Source: Candidatus Iainarchaeum sp. (GTDB taxonomy: Archaea > Iainarchaeota > Iainarchaeia > Iainarchaeales > CSSED10-239). From it: a DNA stretch of 24,750 nt. The position numbers and the translations under genes are program-made. Below, piece by piece: positions 7,450-15,599 of this stretch. The notes under the pieces were generated by a model. It worked only from the letters and a program-made list of their open reading frames with translations, was not told the DNA's origin and made no database searches. The first letter of the stretch is position 1; every line of letters starts with the position of its first letter. The stretch spans positions 1-24,750 of the forward strand of contig PWLL01000060.1 in the NCBI GenBank assembly GCA_003559395.1, read 5' to 3'.

Positions 7450-8508
7450 TTGAAAGAAAATTATTTTATAAAAAACAAGCTTAAAAAAATAGCAATTAAT
7501 AAATTTTTACAAAAAGAATTAAAAAGTGCTGGATTTATTGATTCAGAATTGTCTAAAACACCTTTATCTACAAGAATAACCATCTTTGCTCTAAAGCCAG
7601 GGTTTGTTATTGGTAAAAAAGGATCAAATATAAGAGCACTTACAGAAAAAATGGAACAAAAATTTGAATTAAATAAAGTGCATCTAGAAATTGGAGAGAT
7701 TGCAAACAAAAATCTTGATCCAAAAGTTGTTATTGAAAATATTTCTAGAGATATTGCAAGAGGAATTTCTTGGAAAAGAGCAGTTTATAGAGCCTTAAAC
7801 GATATACAAAGAGCAGGCGCGATCGGAGCAGAAATTGTTGCAAAAGGAAACACAACAGGAAAAGGACAAAGAAAAAGAAAAACAAGATACGCTTTTGGAT
7901 ATCTTAAAAAAGCAGGCGATCAAAAGAACCAAGTAGGTTTTGAAAAAAGAACTACTTTTCCTGGTTTAGGAACTATTGGAATAAGATTGAGAATTGTTCA
8001 ACCAGATACTGTGTTTAGTGATAAAATAGATGTTCTATCACTTGCAAAACAATATAAGATAAAACAAGAAGAAGAAATAATAGAAGAAAGAGAAAAAGAA
8101 CACAAACAAGAAGAAGAAAAAATAGAACACAAAAAAAAAACTGAAAAAGAAGAACTTTCTAAAGAAACAGAAGAAACAAAAACTGTTAAGAAAAAACCAG
8201 TAAAAAAAGAAGTTTCAGAAAAGAAAACTAAAACAGTAAAGAAAGAAGAAAAAGAAGAACCTTCTGAAAAAACAAAGACCGTAAAAGAAAAATCTTCTAA
8301 AGAAACAAAAGAAACTCCTAAAGAAACAAAAGAAAGACCTAAAGAAACAAAAGAAACACCTAAAGAAACAAAAGAAACACCTAAAGAAACAAAAGAAACA
8401 CCTAAAGAAACAAAAGAAACACCTAAAGAAACAAAAGAAACTCCTAAAGAAACAAAAGAAAAAGATATAATAAAAGAAAAACCAAAAAATAAAGAAGAAA
8501 CAAAATAA
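7450..8508 (+). CDS. rps3: 30S ribosomal protein uS3 with a ~150-aa Lys/Glu-rich C-terminal extension
   Basis: KH domain (KPGFVIGKKGSNIRALTE) and S3 C-domain (GISWKRAVYRALNDIQRAGAIGAEIVAKG). TTG start at 7450, preceded by GGAGGA (7438-7443); there is no in-frame ATG near the N-terminus. The conserved part ends near residue 200 and the rest is low-complexity. Confidence 0.93.
   Translation: MKENYFIKNKLKKIAINKFLQKELKSAGFIDSELSKTPLSTRITIFALKPGFVIGKKGSNIRALTEKMEQKFELNKVHLEIGEIANKNLDPKVVIENISRDIARGISWKRAVYRALNDIQRAGAIGAEIVAKGNTTGKGQRKRKTRYAFGYLKKAGDQKNQVGFEKRTTFPGLGTIGIRLRIVQPDTVFSDKIDVLSLAKQYKIKQEEEIIEEREKEHKQEEEKIEHKKKTEKEELSKETEETKTVKKKPVKKEVSEKKTKTVKKEEKEEPSEKTKTVKEKSSKETKETPKETKERPKETKETPKETKETPKETKETPKETKETPKETKETPKETKEKDIIKEKPKNKEETK
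8299..8466 (+). repeat. 21-bp tandem repeat, 8 units, coding (KETKETP)n inside the uS3 tail
   Basis: Unit aaagaaacaaaagaaacacct. Units at 8341-8424 (four copies) are identical at the nucleotide level. The flanking units differ by 1-4 nt. Confidence 0.95.
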
Positions 8509-8520
8509 ATATGATTTATT

Positions 8521-8712
8521 ATGGTTAAAAAAATAAAAGAACCTAAAAGTTCAAATCAAGAAATAGATTACAAAATAAGAGATCTAAAGTTAGAACTTTC
8601 AAAAGAAAAAGGGTTGTTAGTATCCAAAACAAAAACAATTAACTCAGCAAAGAAAAAAAATCTGAAAAAACAAATCGCAAGATTGTTAACAAAAAAAAAT
8701 TTAAAAAAGTGA
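8521..8712 (+). CDS. rpl29: 50S ribosomal protein uL29
   Basis: 63 aa helical protein (IRDLKLELSKEKGLL...KKQIARLLT) located directly after S3. Confidence 0.88.
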   Translation: MVKKIKEPKSSNQEIDYKIRDLKLELSKEKGLLVSKTKTINSAKKKNLKKQIARLLTKKNLKK

Positions 8713-8727
8713 GGGTTGATAAAAACT

Positions 8728-9030
8728 ATGGAAAATATTTGTCCTGTATGTCATCTGCCAGAAGACATATGCACATGTAAACAAAGATCAAAAGAAAACA
8801 AACAACTAAAAATTGGTTTAGAAAGAAAAAAATTTAAAAAATATGTTACGACAGTTGTTGGTTTTGGTTCTGAAGAAGAAGGCAAAGAAGTTGCAAAATA
8901 TCTGAAAAAAAAACTTGCTTGTGGAGGAACCTATAAAGACGAAATGGTTGAAGTTCAAGGAAGTCAAAAAGAAAAAGTAAAAGAACTTCTAATAAAAAAA
9001 GGATATTTAGAGGAATTGATTGATGCTTGA
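8728..9030 (+). CDS. sui1: translation initiation factor aIF1 / SUI1
   Basis: MENICPVCHLPEDICTC N-terminal zinc knuckle and KKLACGGTYKDEMVEVQGSQKEKV SUI1 core. Canonical archaeal position between L29 and Rpp29. Start taken at ATG 8728 rather than the track's TTG 8716. Confidence 0.9.
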   Translation: MENICPVCHLPEDICTCKQRSKENKQLKIGLERKKFKKYVTTVVGFGSEEEGKEVAKYLKKKLACGGTYKDEMVEVQGSQKEKVKELLIKKGYLEELIDA

Positions 9031-9208
9031 TTGGAAGAACATGGAATATCTTGGACATAATATAAAAATAGAAAACGCAACCGATGAATCCAAGATTGGT
9101 ATGAAAGGATTTGTTATCTACCAAACAAAAGAAAAAATAATATTAAGATTAAAAAATAAAATAAAAACAATAAAACTTGCAGAAATAATTGAAATTGAAA
9201 AAGAATAA
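9023..9208 (+). CDS. rnp1: RNase P protein component 1 (Rpp29/Pop4 family), strongly truncated form
   Basis: EYLGHNIKIENATDESKIGMKGFVIYQTKEKIIL matches the ELIGLxVxV..S.....IGxxGxVVxETKNTLxI pattern of archaeal Rpp29. Canonical position between SUI1 and S17. It overlaps the SUI1 stop. GAGGA SD at 9010-9014. The start could be TTG 9020, ATG 9023 or ATG 9041. Confidence 0.7.
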   Translation: MLDWKNMEYLGHNIKIENATDESKIGMKGFVIYQTKEKIILRLKNKIKTIKLAEIIEIEKE

Positions 9209-9222
9209 ATTTGTGACCAAAT

Positions 9223-9531
9223 ATGAAAAAAACATGTAACGATAAAAACTGTCCAGTTCATGGGCAAATAAGTATTCGTGGAAAATTGCTTGAAGGAAAA
9301 GTTATTAAGAAAAAATCAGCAAAAACAGCGCATATTCAAATGGAAGAAAAAAAGTTTATTCCAAAATATGAAAGATACCAAACAATCGTTCATAAAAAAG
9401 CAGTTCATTGTCCAGAATGTATGGATGTTTCTGTAGGCGATATAGTTCAGTGTGGAGAAACAAAGAAAATCAGTAAAACAAAAGCCTTTGTAATTATTAA
9501 AAAACAAACACCAAAAGGTGAGAAAAAATGA
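9223..9531 (+). CDS. rps17: 30S ribosomal protein uS17
   Basis: CNDKNCPVHGQISIRGKLLEGKV N-terminus and VGDIVQCGETKKISKTK motif. Synteny. Confidence 0.94.
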   Translation: MKKTCNDKNCPVHGQISIRGKLLEGKVIKKKSAKTAHIQMEEKKFIPKYERYQTIVHKKAVHCPECMDVSVGDIVQCGETKKISKTKAFVIIKKQTPKGEKK

Positions 9532-9926
9532 AACAAATAAGTGCAAATGTAACTAAAGGACTACAACCAAAAACAAGATGTGTTTGTTCAGACAATAGTG
9601 GAGCTAAAGAAATTGAAATCATATCTGTATTTAAATATAAAACCAGATGGAGACAAAGACAAGCTGCAGGAATCGCATCAATGGTAAATGTTTCTGTAAA
9701 AAAAGGAAAACCTTCAATAAGAAAAAAGGTTGAAAAAGCAGTCGTTGTTAGAGTTAAAAAAGAATATCGTAGAAAAAACGGATTAAGAATTTCTTTTGAA
9801 GATAACGCCGTGGTCTTAACAGATGCAAAAGGTATTCCAAAATCATCTGAAATTAAAGGATGTGTAGCAAAAGAAGTTGGAGAAAGATATCCAAAAATCG
9901 CAGGGCTTGCAAGCTCAGTTATATAA
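9528..9926 (+). CDS. rpl14: 50S ribosomal protein uL14
   Basis: CSDNSGAKEIEII..., AVVVRVKKEYRRKNGLRISFEDNAVVL. ATGA start/stop overlap with S17. Confidence 0.95.
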   Translation: MKQISANVTKGLQPKTRCVCSDNSGAKEIEIISVFKYKTRWRQRQAAGIASMVNVSVKKGKPSIRKKVEKAVVVRVKKEYRRKNGLRISFEDNAVVLTDAKGIPKSSEIKGCVAKEVGERYPKIAGLASSVI

Positions 9927-9938
9927 AAGGTGCTTTTT

Positions 9939-10316
9939 ATGGTTAAAACAAAAAATCCATCAAAACAAAGAAAAAGAAATATATATAAAACCAACATTTA
10001 TGGTAAACGAAAGTTGTTAGTTGCAAAACTAGATAAACCCTTAATTAAAAATACAGCTAAAAAAAGACTTACAATAAGAAAAGGAGACGTTGTAAAAGTA
10101 TTAAGAGGAAACTATAAAGGCAAGTCTGGTAAAGTAGAAAGAGTAAGCTACACACAAGCAAAGATATTTATAAAAGATATAAAGCAAACAAACTCAAAAG
10201 GACAAGACAAACTAATACCATTTAACGCATCAAATCTAATGATTGTAGAACTTATATTAGAAGACAATAAAAGAATAAAAAACCTAGAAAAAAAGGTGAA
10301 AAAAGATGGCAAATAA
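9939..10316 (+). CDS. rpl24: 50S ribosomal protein uL24
   Basis: KOW motif IRKGDVVKVLRGNYKGKSGKV. Start moved to ATG 9939 because GGTG at 9929-9932 is the SD. Confidence 0.93.
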   Translation: MVKTKNPSKQRKRNIYKTNIYGKRKLLVAKLDKPLIKNTAKKRLTIRKGDVVKVLRGNYKGKSGKVERVSYTQAKIFIKDIKQTNSKGQDKLIPFNASNLMIVELILEDNKRIKNLEKKVKKDGK

Positions 10317-10998
10317 AGGACAAACAAAATGTTTTAAAATCTTTAATGTAGGACGCGTGCATAAGATAGATAAATCTAAAATCTTTGTGTTTAGACCAAA
10401 AGCAGGAAAACATAATCTAAAAACAACAGTATCAATTGGTTATGTCTTAAGAGATCTTTTACATTTTGCAGACAATAAAAAAGAAATTAATTATATTATA
10501 AAAAATAGAGACGTTATTGTTGATAAAAAAATAGTAAAATCAAAAAATCTTCCAATTGGTTTTTATGATATTATTGAGTTTCCAAAACTTAAAAAACACT
10601 ACAAAGTAACCTTTAAAGAAAATGGAGAAATATCTTTAATAGAAATACCAGAAGAAGAAACAGATTATAAACTATGTAAAATAATTTCCAAAAAAATAAT
10701 AAAAAAAGGAAATGTACAACTAAAAACAAACGATGGAAGAACCATCTTAACAACTAATAACGCCTATAAAACAAAAGCAACTATCAAATATGGTTTTGAA
10801 GAAAACACAATTAAAGAATATATTCCGTTAGAACCTAAAAAAGAAGCCTTTATAGTAGGTGGACGACACATTGGTAAAAAAGCAACAATTACAGAAATAA
10901 AAGAAAGTACGATGCATAAACCATCTTTAATAAAACTAAAATCAAAAGACGGAGAAGAAATAGAAACTACAGAAAAAAACGTGTTTGTTATTAATTAA
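10306..10998 (+). CDS. rps4e: 30S ribosomal protein eS4
   Basis: 230 aa between L24 and L5. S4e layout (PKAGKHNLKTTVSIGYVLRD..., KOW-like FIVGGRHIGKKATITEI). It overlaps the L24 stop by 11 nt. Confidence 0.92.
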   Translation: MANKGQTKCFKIFNVGRVHKIDKSKIFVFRPKAGKHNLKTTVSIGYVLRDLLHFADNKKEINYIIKNRDVIVDKKIVKSKNLPIGFYDIIEFPKLKKHYKVTFKENGEISLIEIPEEETDYKLCKIISKKIIKKGNVQLKTNDGRTILTTNNAYKTKATIKYGFEENTIKEYIPLEPKKEAFIVGGRHIGKKATITEIKESTMHKPSLIKLKSKDGEEIETTEKNVFVIN

Positions 10999-11013
10999 GA
11001 TGTGTGATTTTTT

Positions 11014-11541
11014 ATGAATGAAGTAAACAAAACTCAAAATCCATTAAGAGAAATAATGATAGAAAAAGTAACTGTTAATCTAGGGATTGGAGAAGCAGGA
11101 GAAGAACTTGAAAAAGGAGTGAAAATACTTAAACTTTTGACTAATAAAAAACCAGTAAAAACAAAAGCAAAAGTAAAGCTACCAACCTGGGGAATAAGAC
11201 CTGGACTTCCTATAGGCGTAAAAGTTGTTTTGCGAGGAAAAGAAGCAGAAGACTTTTTAGTGTGGACTCTAAAAGCAAAAGAAAATAAACTTCCTAAAAA
11301 ATGTTTTTCAAAAGACGGTAATTTTTCTTATGGAATTCATGAATATTTAGAATTGCCAGGAATAAAATATGATCCAACCTTAGGAATAAGAGGATTTGAT
11401 GTTTGTGTAAATCTTAAAAGAAGAGGCTACAGAGTAAAAAAAAGAAAATATAATAAAAGTAAAGTTGGAAAAACACATCTAATAAATAAAGAAGATGCCA
11501 TCAACTTTGCAATAGAAAAACTAAAAGTAGTGGTTGAATGA
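11014..11541 (+). CDS. rpl5: 50S ribosomal protein uL5
   Basis: NPLREIMIEKVTVNLGIGEAG and GIRGFDVCVNLKRRGYRV motifs. Synteny. Confidence 0.95.
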   Translation: MNEVNKTQNPLREIMIEKVTVNLGIGEAGEELEKGVKILKLLTNKKPVKTKAKVKLPTWGIRPGLPIGVKVVLRGKEAEDFLVWTLKAKENKLPKKCFSKDGNFSYGIHEYLELPGIKYDPTLGIRGFDVCVNLKRRGYRVKKRKYNKSKVGKTHLINKEDAINFAIEKLKVVVE

Positions 11542-11711
11542 ACGAAACAAAACTTAAAAGCTTAAGTAAAACAGATAAAGAACTTAAAAGAGCTAGAAAA
11601 TGTAAATTTTGTGGAACACAGAGAGGATTAATAAGAAAATATAATCTTTACATTTGTAGAAGATGTTTCAAAGATTATGCTACAGAGCTTGGCTTTAAAA
11701 AATTAGATTAG
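11538..11711 (+). CDS. rps14: 30S ribosomal protein uS14 (zinc-binding short type)
   Basis: Not in the ORF track (57 codons). Hand translation: MNETKLKSLSKTDKELKRARKCKFCGTQRGLIRKYNLYICRRCFKDYATELGFKKLD. CxxC...CxxC motif. ATGA overlap with the L5 stop. Position L5-S14-S8. Confidence 0.92.
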   Translation: MNETKLKSLSKTDKELKRARKCKFCGTQRGLIRKYNLYICRRCFKDYATELGFKKLD

Positions 11712-11743
11712 ATAAAAAATAATGATTATGATAGGTGACCTTT

Positions 11744-12133
11744 ATGAGTTTAAATGACCCAATTTCAGATGCTTTAAATAATATAAATAATGCAGAAAAT
11801 TCTGCAAAAAGAACGTGTATGTTAAATCATTCACGATTTTTAGAAAAAGTAATAGATTTACTTAAAAAAGAAGGATATGTAAAACAATATAAAGTACTTC
11901 CAAAAAAACCAGTAAACCAAATAATAATATATCTTAATGGCGGAATAAATAAATGTAAATCTATAAAACCAAGATACTCTGTAAAAAAAACAGACTTTGA
12001 AAAATTTGAAAAATCATTTTTAATTTCAAGAGATGTTGGTCTTTTAATAGTAAGCACAACAGACGGAATTATGACTCATAAAGAAGCAAAAGAAAAAAAC
12101 CTTGGTGGAAGACTAATAGGTTTTGTATATTAA
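11744..12133 (+). CDS. rps8: 30S ribosomal protein uS8
   Basis: MSLNDPISDALNNINNAENSAK N-terminus and GGRLIGFVY C-terminus. Start moved to ATG 11744 because GGTGA at 11734-11738 is the SD. Confidence 0.95.
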   Translation: MSLNDPISDALNNINNAENSAKRTCMLNHSRFLEKVIDLLKKEGYVKQYKVLPKKPVNQIIIYLNGGINKCKSIKPRYSVKKTDFEKFEKSFLISRDVGLLIVSTTDGIMTHKEAKEKNLGGRLIGFVY

Positions 12134-12149
12134 AAAAGGGTTGATTTTT

Positions 12150-12716
12150 GTGAGCGAAGAATATACAATTAGAAAAAAAATAGTAAAAAAAGAAGTTATT
12201 GAACTAGAAAAAGACGTTAATGTTAAAAAAGAAGAAAATACTTTGTTTTTTGAAAAAGGAACTCAAAAAAATAAAGTCGTTCTCAATCCTGTATATGTAA
12301 GAACAGAGATAAAAGATAAACAAATAATCTTAAATCCAGTAAATAGTAAAAAAAAAACAAGAGCAGTACTAAAAACTTCAAAAAAAAATATAGAAAATGC
12401 TGTTGAAGGACTATCAAATGAATATATCTATAAACTATCAATAGTTTACTCTCACTTTCCAGCAACCGTAAAAACAGAAGGAAACCTTGTTGTAATCTCT
12501 AACTTTTTAGGAGAAAAAAAACCAAGAAAAACAAAAATATTGCCAGGTTGTAAAGTAGATGTCAAAGGTAAAGAAATAATTGTTTCTGGACATGACAAAT
12601 ATGCAACAGGACAAACTGCAGGAAATATAGAAAAAATAACAAGAGTAACAAATAAAGACTTTAGAGTCTTTGATGATGGTTGTTATATTATAGAAAAACC
12701 CAAAAAAAATAAATAA
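12150..12716 (+). CDS. rpl6: 50S ribosomal protein uL6
   Basis: Position after S8. Two-domain L6 pattern (VKKEENTLFFEKGTQ..., VDVKGKEIIVSGHDKYATGQTAGNIEKITRV). Probable GTG start at 12150, downstream of GGGTTGA. The track's TTG 12123 would overlap the S8 coding end. Confidence 0.88.
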   Translation: MSEEYTIRKKIVKKEVIELEKDVNVKKEENTLFFEKGTQKNKVVLNPVYVRTEIKDKQIILNPVNSKKKTRAVLKTSKKNIENAVEGLSNEYIYKLSIVYSHFPATVKTEGNLVVISNFLGEKKPRKTKILPGCKVDVKGKEIIVSGHDKYATGQTAGNIEKITRVTNKDFRVFDDGCYIIEKPKKNK

Positions 12717-12728
12717 TGTGAAAATACT

Positions 12729-13067
12729 ATGAGTGTAGATACACCTAAATTTAGAGGACACTATCCTTTAACAACAAGAAAAAGGAAAAAAAGAAGAGAT
12801 GTTCAAAAATGGAGAAAACCACAAGGAATAGATAGATCTATTGCAGAAAAAAGAGGACTTAGACCAAAAGTAGGATACGGTCACAAAAACGAAGACAAAC
12901 ACAAACACCCTTGCGGATTAAAAGAAGTTTTGGTTAGATCTAAAACAGATCTTTTAAAAATAACAGATGAAAAAATTGCAATTAGGTTTTCAAGAACTTT
13001 AGGAAAAAAGAAAAAAGAAATCTTAACAAAAGTTGCAGAAGAAAAAAACTATAAAATCTTAAACTAA
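12729..13067 (+). CDS. rpl32e: 50S ribosomal protein eL32
   Basis: WRKPQGIDRSIAEKRGLRPKVGYG...HPCGLKEVLV matches the L32e signature. Synteny. Confidence 0.93.
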   Translation: MSVDTPKFRGHYPLTTRKRKKRRDVQKWRKPQGIDRSIAEKRGLRPKVGYGHKNEDKHKHPCGLKEVLVRSKTDLLKITDEKIAIRFSRTLGKKKKEILTKVAEEKNYKILN

Positions 13068-13082
13068 AAATAAGTGAATAAT

Positions 13083-13535
13083 ATGAAATTAGATAAACTT
13101 AAAGAAATCGCATCCAAAGTGTTAGATGTAGGAAAACAAAGTTTAAAGATAAGTACTGAAAAATATAATGCTAACAAAGAACAAGTAGACAAAGCTATAA
13201 CAAAACAAGATGTTAGAGATATAATCAAATTAGGAGTAATATATAAAGCAAAAGATACAGGCCACTCAAGAGGAAGAGCCAGAAAACAACAAGAACAAAA
13301 AAAACTTAAAAGAAAAAAAGGACCTGGAAAAAAGAAAGGAACACCTAAAGCAAGAAACAAACAAAACCCACATAATCTTAAAATAAGAGGTCTGAAAAAA
13401 AGATTAAGAGAACTTAAAAAAGAAGATAAACTAAAAGAAAAAAAATATAGTAAATTATATCTTATGATTAAAGGAAATTACTTTAGAGGAAAAAAACACC
13501 TTGAACAACATATAAATGGTGAAAAAAATGAGTAG
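13083..13535 (+). CDS. rpl19e: 50S ribosomal protein eL19
   Basis: MKLDKLKEIASKVLDVGKQSLKI...AITKQDVRDIIKLGVIYKAKDTGHSRGRARK. Start moved to ATG 13083 because GTGA at 13074-13077 is the SD. Confidence 0.92.
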   Translation: MKLDKLKEIASKVLDVGKQSLKISTEKYNANKEQVDKAITKQDVRDIIKLGVIYKAKDTGHSRGRARKQQEQKKLKRKKGPGKKKGTPKARNKQNPHNLKIRGLKKRLRELKKEDKLKEKKYSKLYLMIKGNYFRGKKHLEQHINGEKNE

Positions 13536-14040
13536 TGGACCAACATATAATGTGCAATTTAAAAGAAAGAGAAAACAAAAAACCGACTATAAAAAAAGAC
13601 TTAACCTTTTAAAATCAAAAACACCAAGATTTATTGTTAGAGTTTCAAATAATCTAGTTAGAACACAAGTTGTAATTTATGAAAGAGAAGGAGATAAAAC
13701 CGTTGTTGCAAAAACCTCAAAAGCTCTTAAAAAAATAGGTTGGAATCATTCTCTAAAAAACACACCTGCAATCTATCTTACATCATTGATGCTTTGTCAA
13801 GATCTTAAGAAAAAAAAAATCAAAGATGTTATTTTTGATCTAGGTCTTAAAAACTATAAAGCAGGAAACAAAATATATGCAGGATTAAAAGCAATTATTG
13901 ACTCTGAAATTAATTGTCCCTATAATGAAAAAGCATTTCCAAAAGAAGATAGAATTGTTGGAAAACACATAGATGCTTATAAAAAAAATAATATTTCAAA
14001 AGACTTTGAAACAATAAAAGAAAAGATATTAAAAATGTGA
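13528..14040 (+). CDS. rpl18: 50S ribosomal protein uL18
   Basis: MSSGPTYNVQFKRKRKQKTDYKKRLNLL is the archaeal L18 N-terminus. GGTGA at 13517-13521 is the SD, so ATG 13528 is preferred over 13516. It overlaps the L19e stop. Confidence 0.92.
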   Translation: MSSGPTYNVQFKRKRKQKTDYKKRLNLLKSKTPRFIVRVSNNLVRTQVVIYEREGDKTVVAKTSKALKKIGWNHSLKNTPAIYLTSLMLCQDLKKKKIKDVIFDLGLKNYKAGNKIYAGLKAIIDSEINCPYNEKAFPKEDRIVGKHIDAYKKNNISKDFETIKEKILKM

Positions 14041-14044
14041 TTGT

Positions 14045-14737
14045 ATGAGTGCAAAGTTTAATAAACCTAAAAGAAAACCAATAAAAGAAGAGTTTGATAA
14101 AGAAGCATGGCAACCAAAAACAGAACTTGGAAACGCAGTAAAAGCTGGTGAATATGAAACAATAGACGATGTTTTTGAATCAGGCAAAAGAATAATGGAA
14201 GCAGAAATTATTGATTGCTTAATTCCAAATCTTAACACCAGAACAATAGATGTTAAAAAAACAGTAAGAGTAACAAGAGCAGGAAGACATTTTGCATTTA
14301 GAGTTACTGTTGTTATTGGTGATCAAAACGGACATGTTGGTGTAGGTACAGGAAAAAATATAGAAAAATTTACTGCACAAAAAAAAGCAATCTTAAACGC
14401 AAAATTAAATCTTGTACAAGTTAGAAGAGGGTGTGGTAGTTGGGAATGTAATTGTGAAAAACAACACTCCATACCATATAGTACTTCAGGAAGAAGTGCT
14501 TCTTTAAGAGTTAATTTGTTGCCAGCACCAAACGGAGTTGGATTAACTGTTAGTGATACAATAAAGCCAGTGTTAGAACTTGCAGGAATAAAAGATGTTT
14601 GGTCAAAAACAAAAGGAGCAACAGATACTAAATTAAACTTTGTTAGAGCAACAATAGATGCTTTAGAAAAAATATCTAAACTAAAAACACATTCTAAAAA
14701 AGAAGAAGAAAAAGAAGAACCAGAAGAAAAAGAATAA
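14045..14737 (+). CDS. rps5: 30S ribosomal protein uS5
   Basis: TRAGRHFAFRVTVVIGDQNGHVGVGTGK and GVGLTVSDTIKPVLELAGIKDVWSKTKG motifs. Short acidic/basic tail KKEEEKEEPEEKE. Confidence 0.95.
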   Translation: MSAKFNKPKRKPIKEEFDKEAWQPKTELGNAVKAGEYETIDDVFESGKRIMEAEIIDCLIPNLNTRTIDVKKTVRVTRAGRHFAFRVTVVIGDQNGHVGVGTGKNIEKFTAQKKAILNAKLNLVQVRRGCGSWECNCEKQHSIPYSTSGRSASLRVNLLPAPNGVGLTVSDTIKPVLELAGIKDVWSKTKGATDTKLNFVRATIDALEKISKLKTHSKKEEEKEEPEEKE

Positions 14738-14751
14738 AAGAAAGATAAAAT

Positions 14752-15216
14752 ATGTTTGCAATTATTCGAGTAAGAGGACCTGTTAAGGTAAATAAAGATA
14801 TTGAACATACAATGAAGTTATTAAATCTAACTAGATCTAACCACTGTGTACTATATCCACAAACAGAAAAAATAAAAGGAATGATACACAAAGTAAGAGG
14901 ATACGTTACTTATGGAGAAATATCCAAAGAAATGATACTTAAACTTCTTTTAAAAAGAGGTAAAATCTATGACCAAACAGGAAAAAAACACGAATTTAAA
15001 GAAATTTATAAAACTAAAGAAGAACAAGAAAAAATCGTAGAAGAAATATTTACTAAATCTAAAAAACTTACAGACCTTGGAATAAAACCTGTGTTTAGAT
15101 TAAAACCACCTTCTAAAGGCTATGAACGAAAAGGTATAAAAAAGACTTTTAAAGAAGGCGGAGTTTTAGGTTATAGAGAAAATAAAATAGAAATACTTTT
15201 AAGAAAAATGATTTAA
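14752..15216 (+). CDS. rpl30: 50S ribosomal protein uL30
   Basis: MFAIIRVRGPVKVNKDIEHTMKLLNLTR is the L30/L7e N-terminal signature. Position S5-L30-L15. Confidence 0.92.
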   Translation: MFAIIRVRGPVKVNKDIEHTMKLLNLTRSNHCVLYPQTEKIKGMIHKVRGYVTYGEISKEMILKLLLKRGKIYDQTGKKHEFKEIYKTKEEQEKIVEEIFTKSKKLTDLGIKPVFRLKPPSKGYERKGIKKTFKEGGVLGYRENKIEILLRKMI

Positions 15217-15230
15217 ATAAAGTGATGTTT

Positions 15231-15599
15231 ATGTCAAAAACAAAAAAAGATAGATTAAGAGGAAACAGAAGTCACGGAAAAGGAAATACGAAAAACGATC
15301 GTGGATCCGGATGTAGAGGAGGAAAAGGACGAGGAGGTTCTTTTAAACATAAGTTTACAAAATATTATCTTACAATTGGTCAAAAAATAACCCTTAAACC
15401 AAAAGTAAAACCAAAAACAATTAATCTTGTTGACTTAGATTACCTAACAAAAGATAAAACCGAAATTGATCTTAAAAAACTAGGCTACGACAAAATACTT
15501 GCAAAAGGCAATCTTACAAAAAAACTAATCATAAAAAACGCACAAGCAACACCAAGAGCAAAAGAAAAAATAGAACAGATGGGAGGGAAGATTGAATGA
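15231..15599 (+). CDS. rpl15: 50S ribosomal protein uL15
   Basis: RGNRSHGKGNTKNDRGSGCRGGKGRGG glycine-rich N-terminus. Start moved to ATG 15231 because GTGA at 15222-15225 is the SD. Confidence 0.92.
   Translation: MSKTKKDRLRGNRSHGKGNTKNDRGSGCRGGKGRGGSFKHKFTKYYLTIGQKITLKPKVKPKTINLVDLDYLTKDKTEIDLKKLGYDKILAKGNLTKKLIIKNAQATPRAKEKIEQMGGKIE

Noticed and set aside
8131-8140. Long poly-A homopolymers inside coding regions (A9 at 5592-5600, A10 at 8131-8140, A10 at 13810-13819, A11 at 20464-20474), considered as frameshift or slippage sites.
   Set aside because: The reading frames are intact across every tract, and the flanking protein sequence matches the family on both sides. These are just Lys-codon runs in an AT-rich genome. 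They are still places where sequencing errors would be likely.
8299-8466. Regularly spaced 21-bp repeats, considered as a possible CRISPR-like array.
   Set aside because: The units are directly adjacent with no spacers, are in frame within uS3, and code for KETKETP. This is a coding tandem repeat, not a CRISPR array.
9497-9997. Long minus-strand ORFs from the track that lie antisense to ribosomal, SecY or other genes: 757-969, 4860-5081, 5292-5513, 5892-6167, 6310-6492, 7461-7709, 8846-9124, 9316-9546, 9497-9997, 11827-12057, 12283-12465, 12507-12761, 13064-13360, 13910-14113, 14029-14238, 14323-14808, 14694-14891, 15485-15670, 16285-16746, 17882-18091, 18923-19159, 19598-19873, 20746-20988 and 21879-22301.
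   Set aside because: All overlap strongly supported plus-strand genes. Their translations are Phe/Leu/Cys/Ser-rich low-complexity strings with no SD. They are expected shadow ORFs: the sense strand is purine-rich (AAA/GAA/AGA codons), so TTA/CTA/TCA triplets, which would be antisense stops, are rare.
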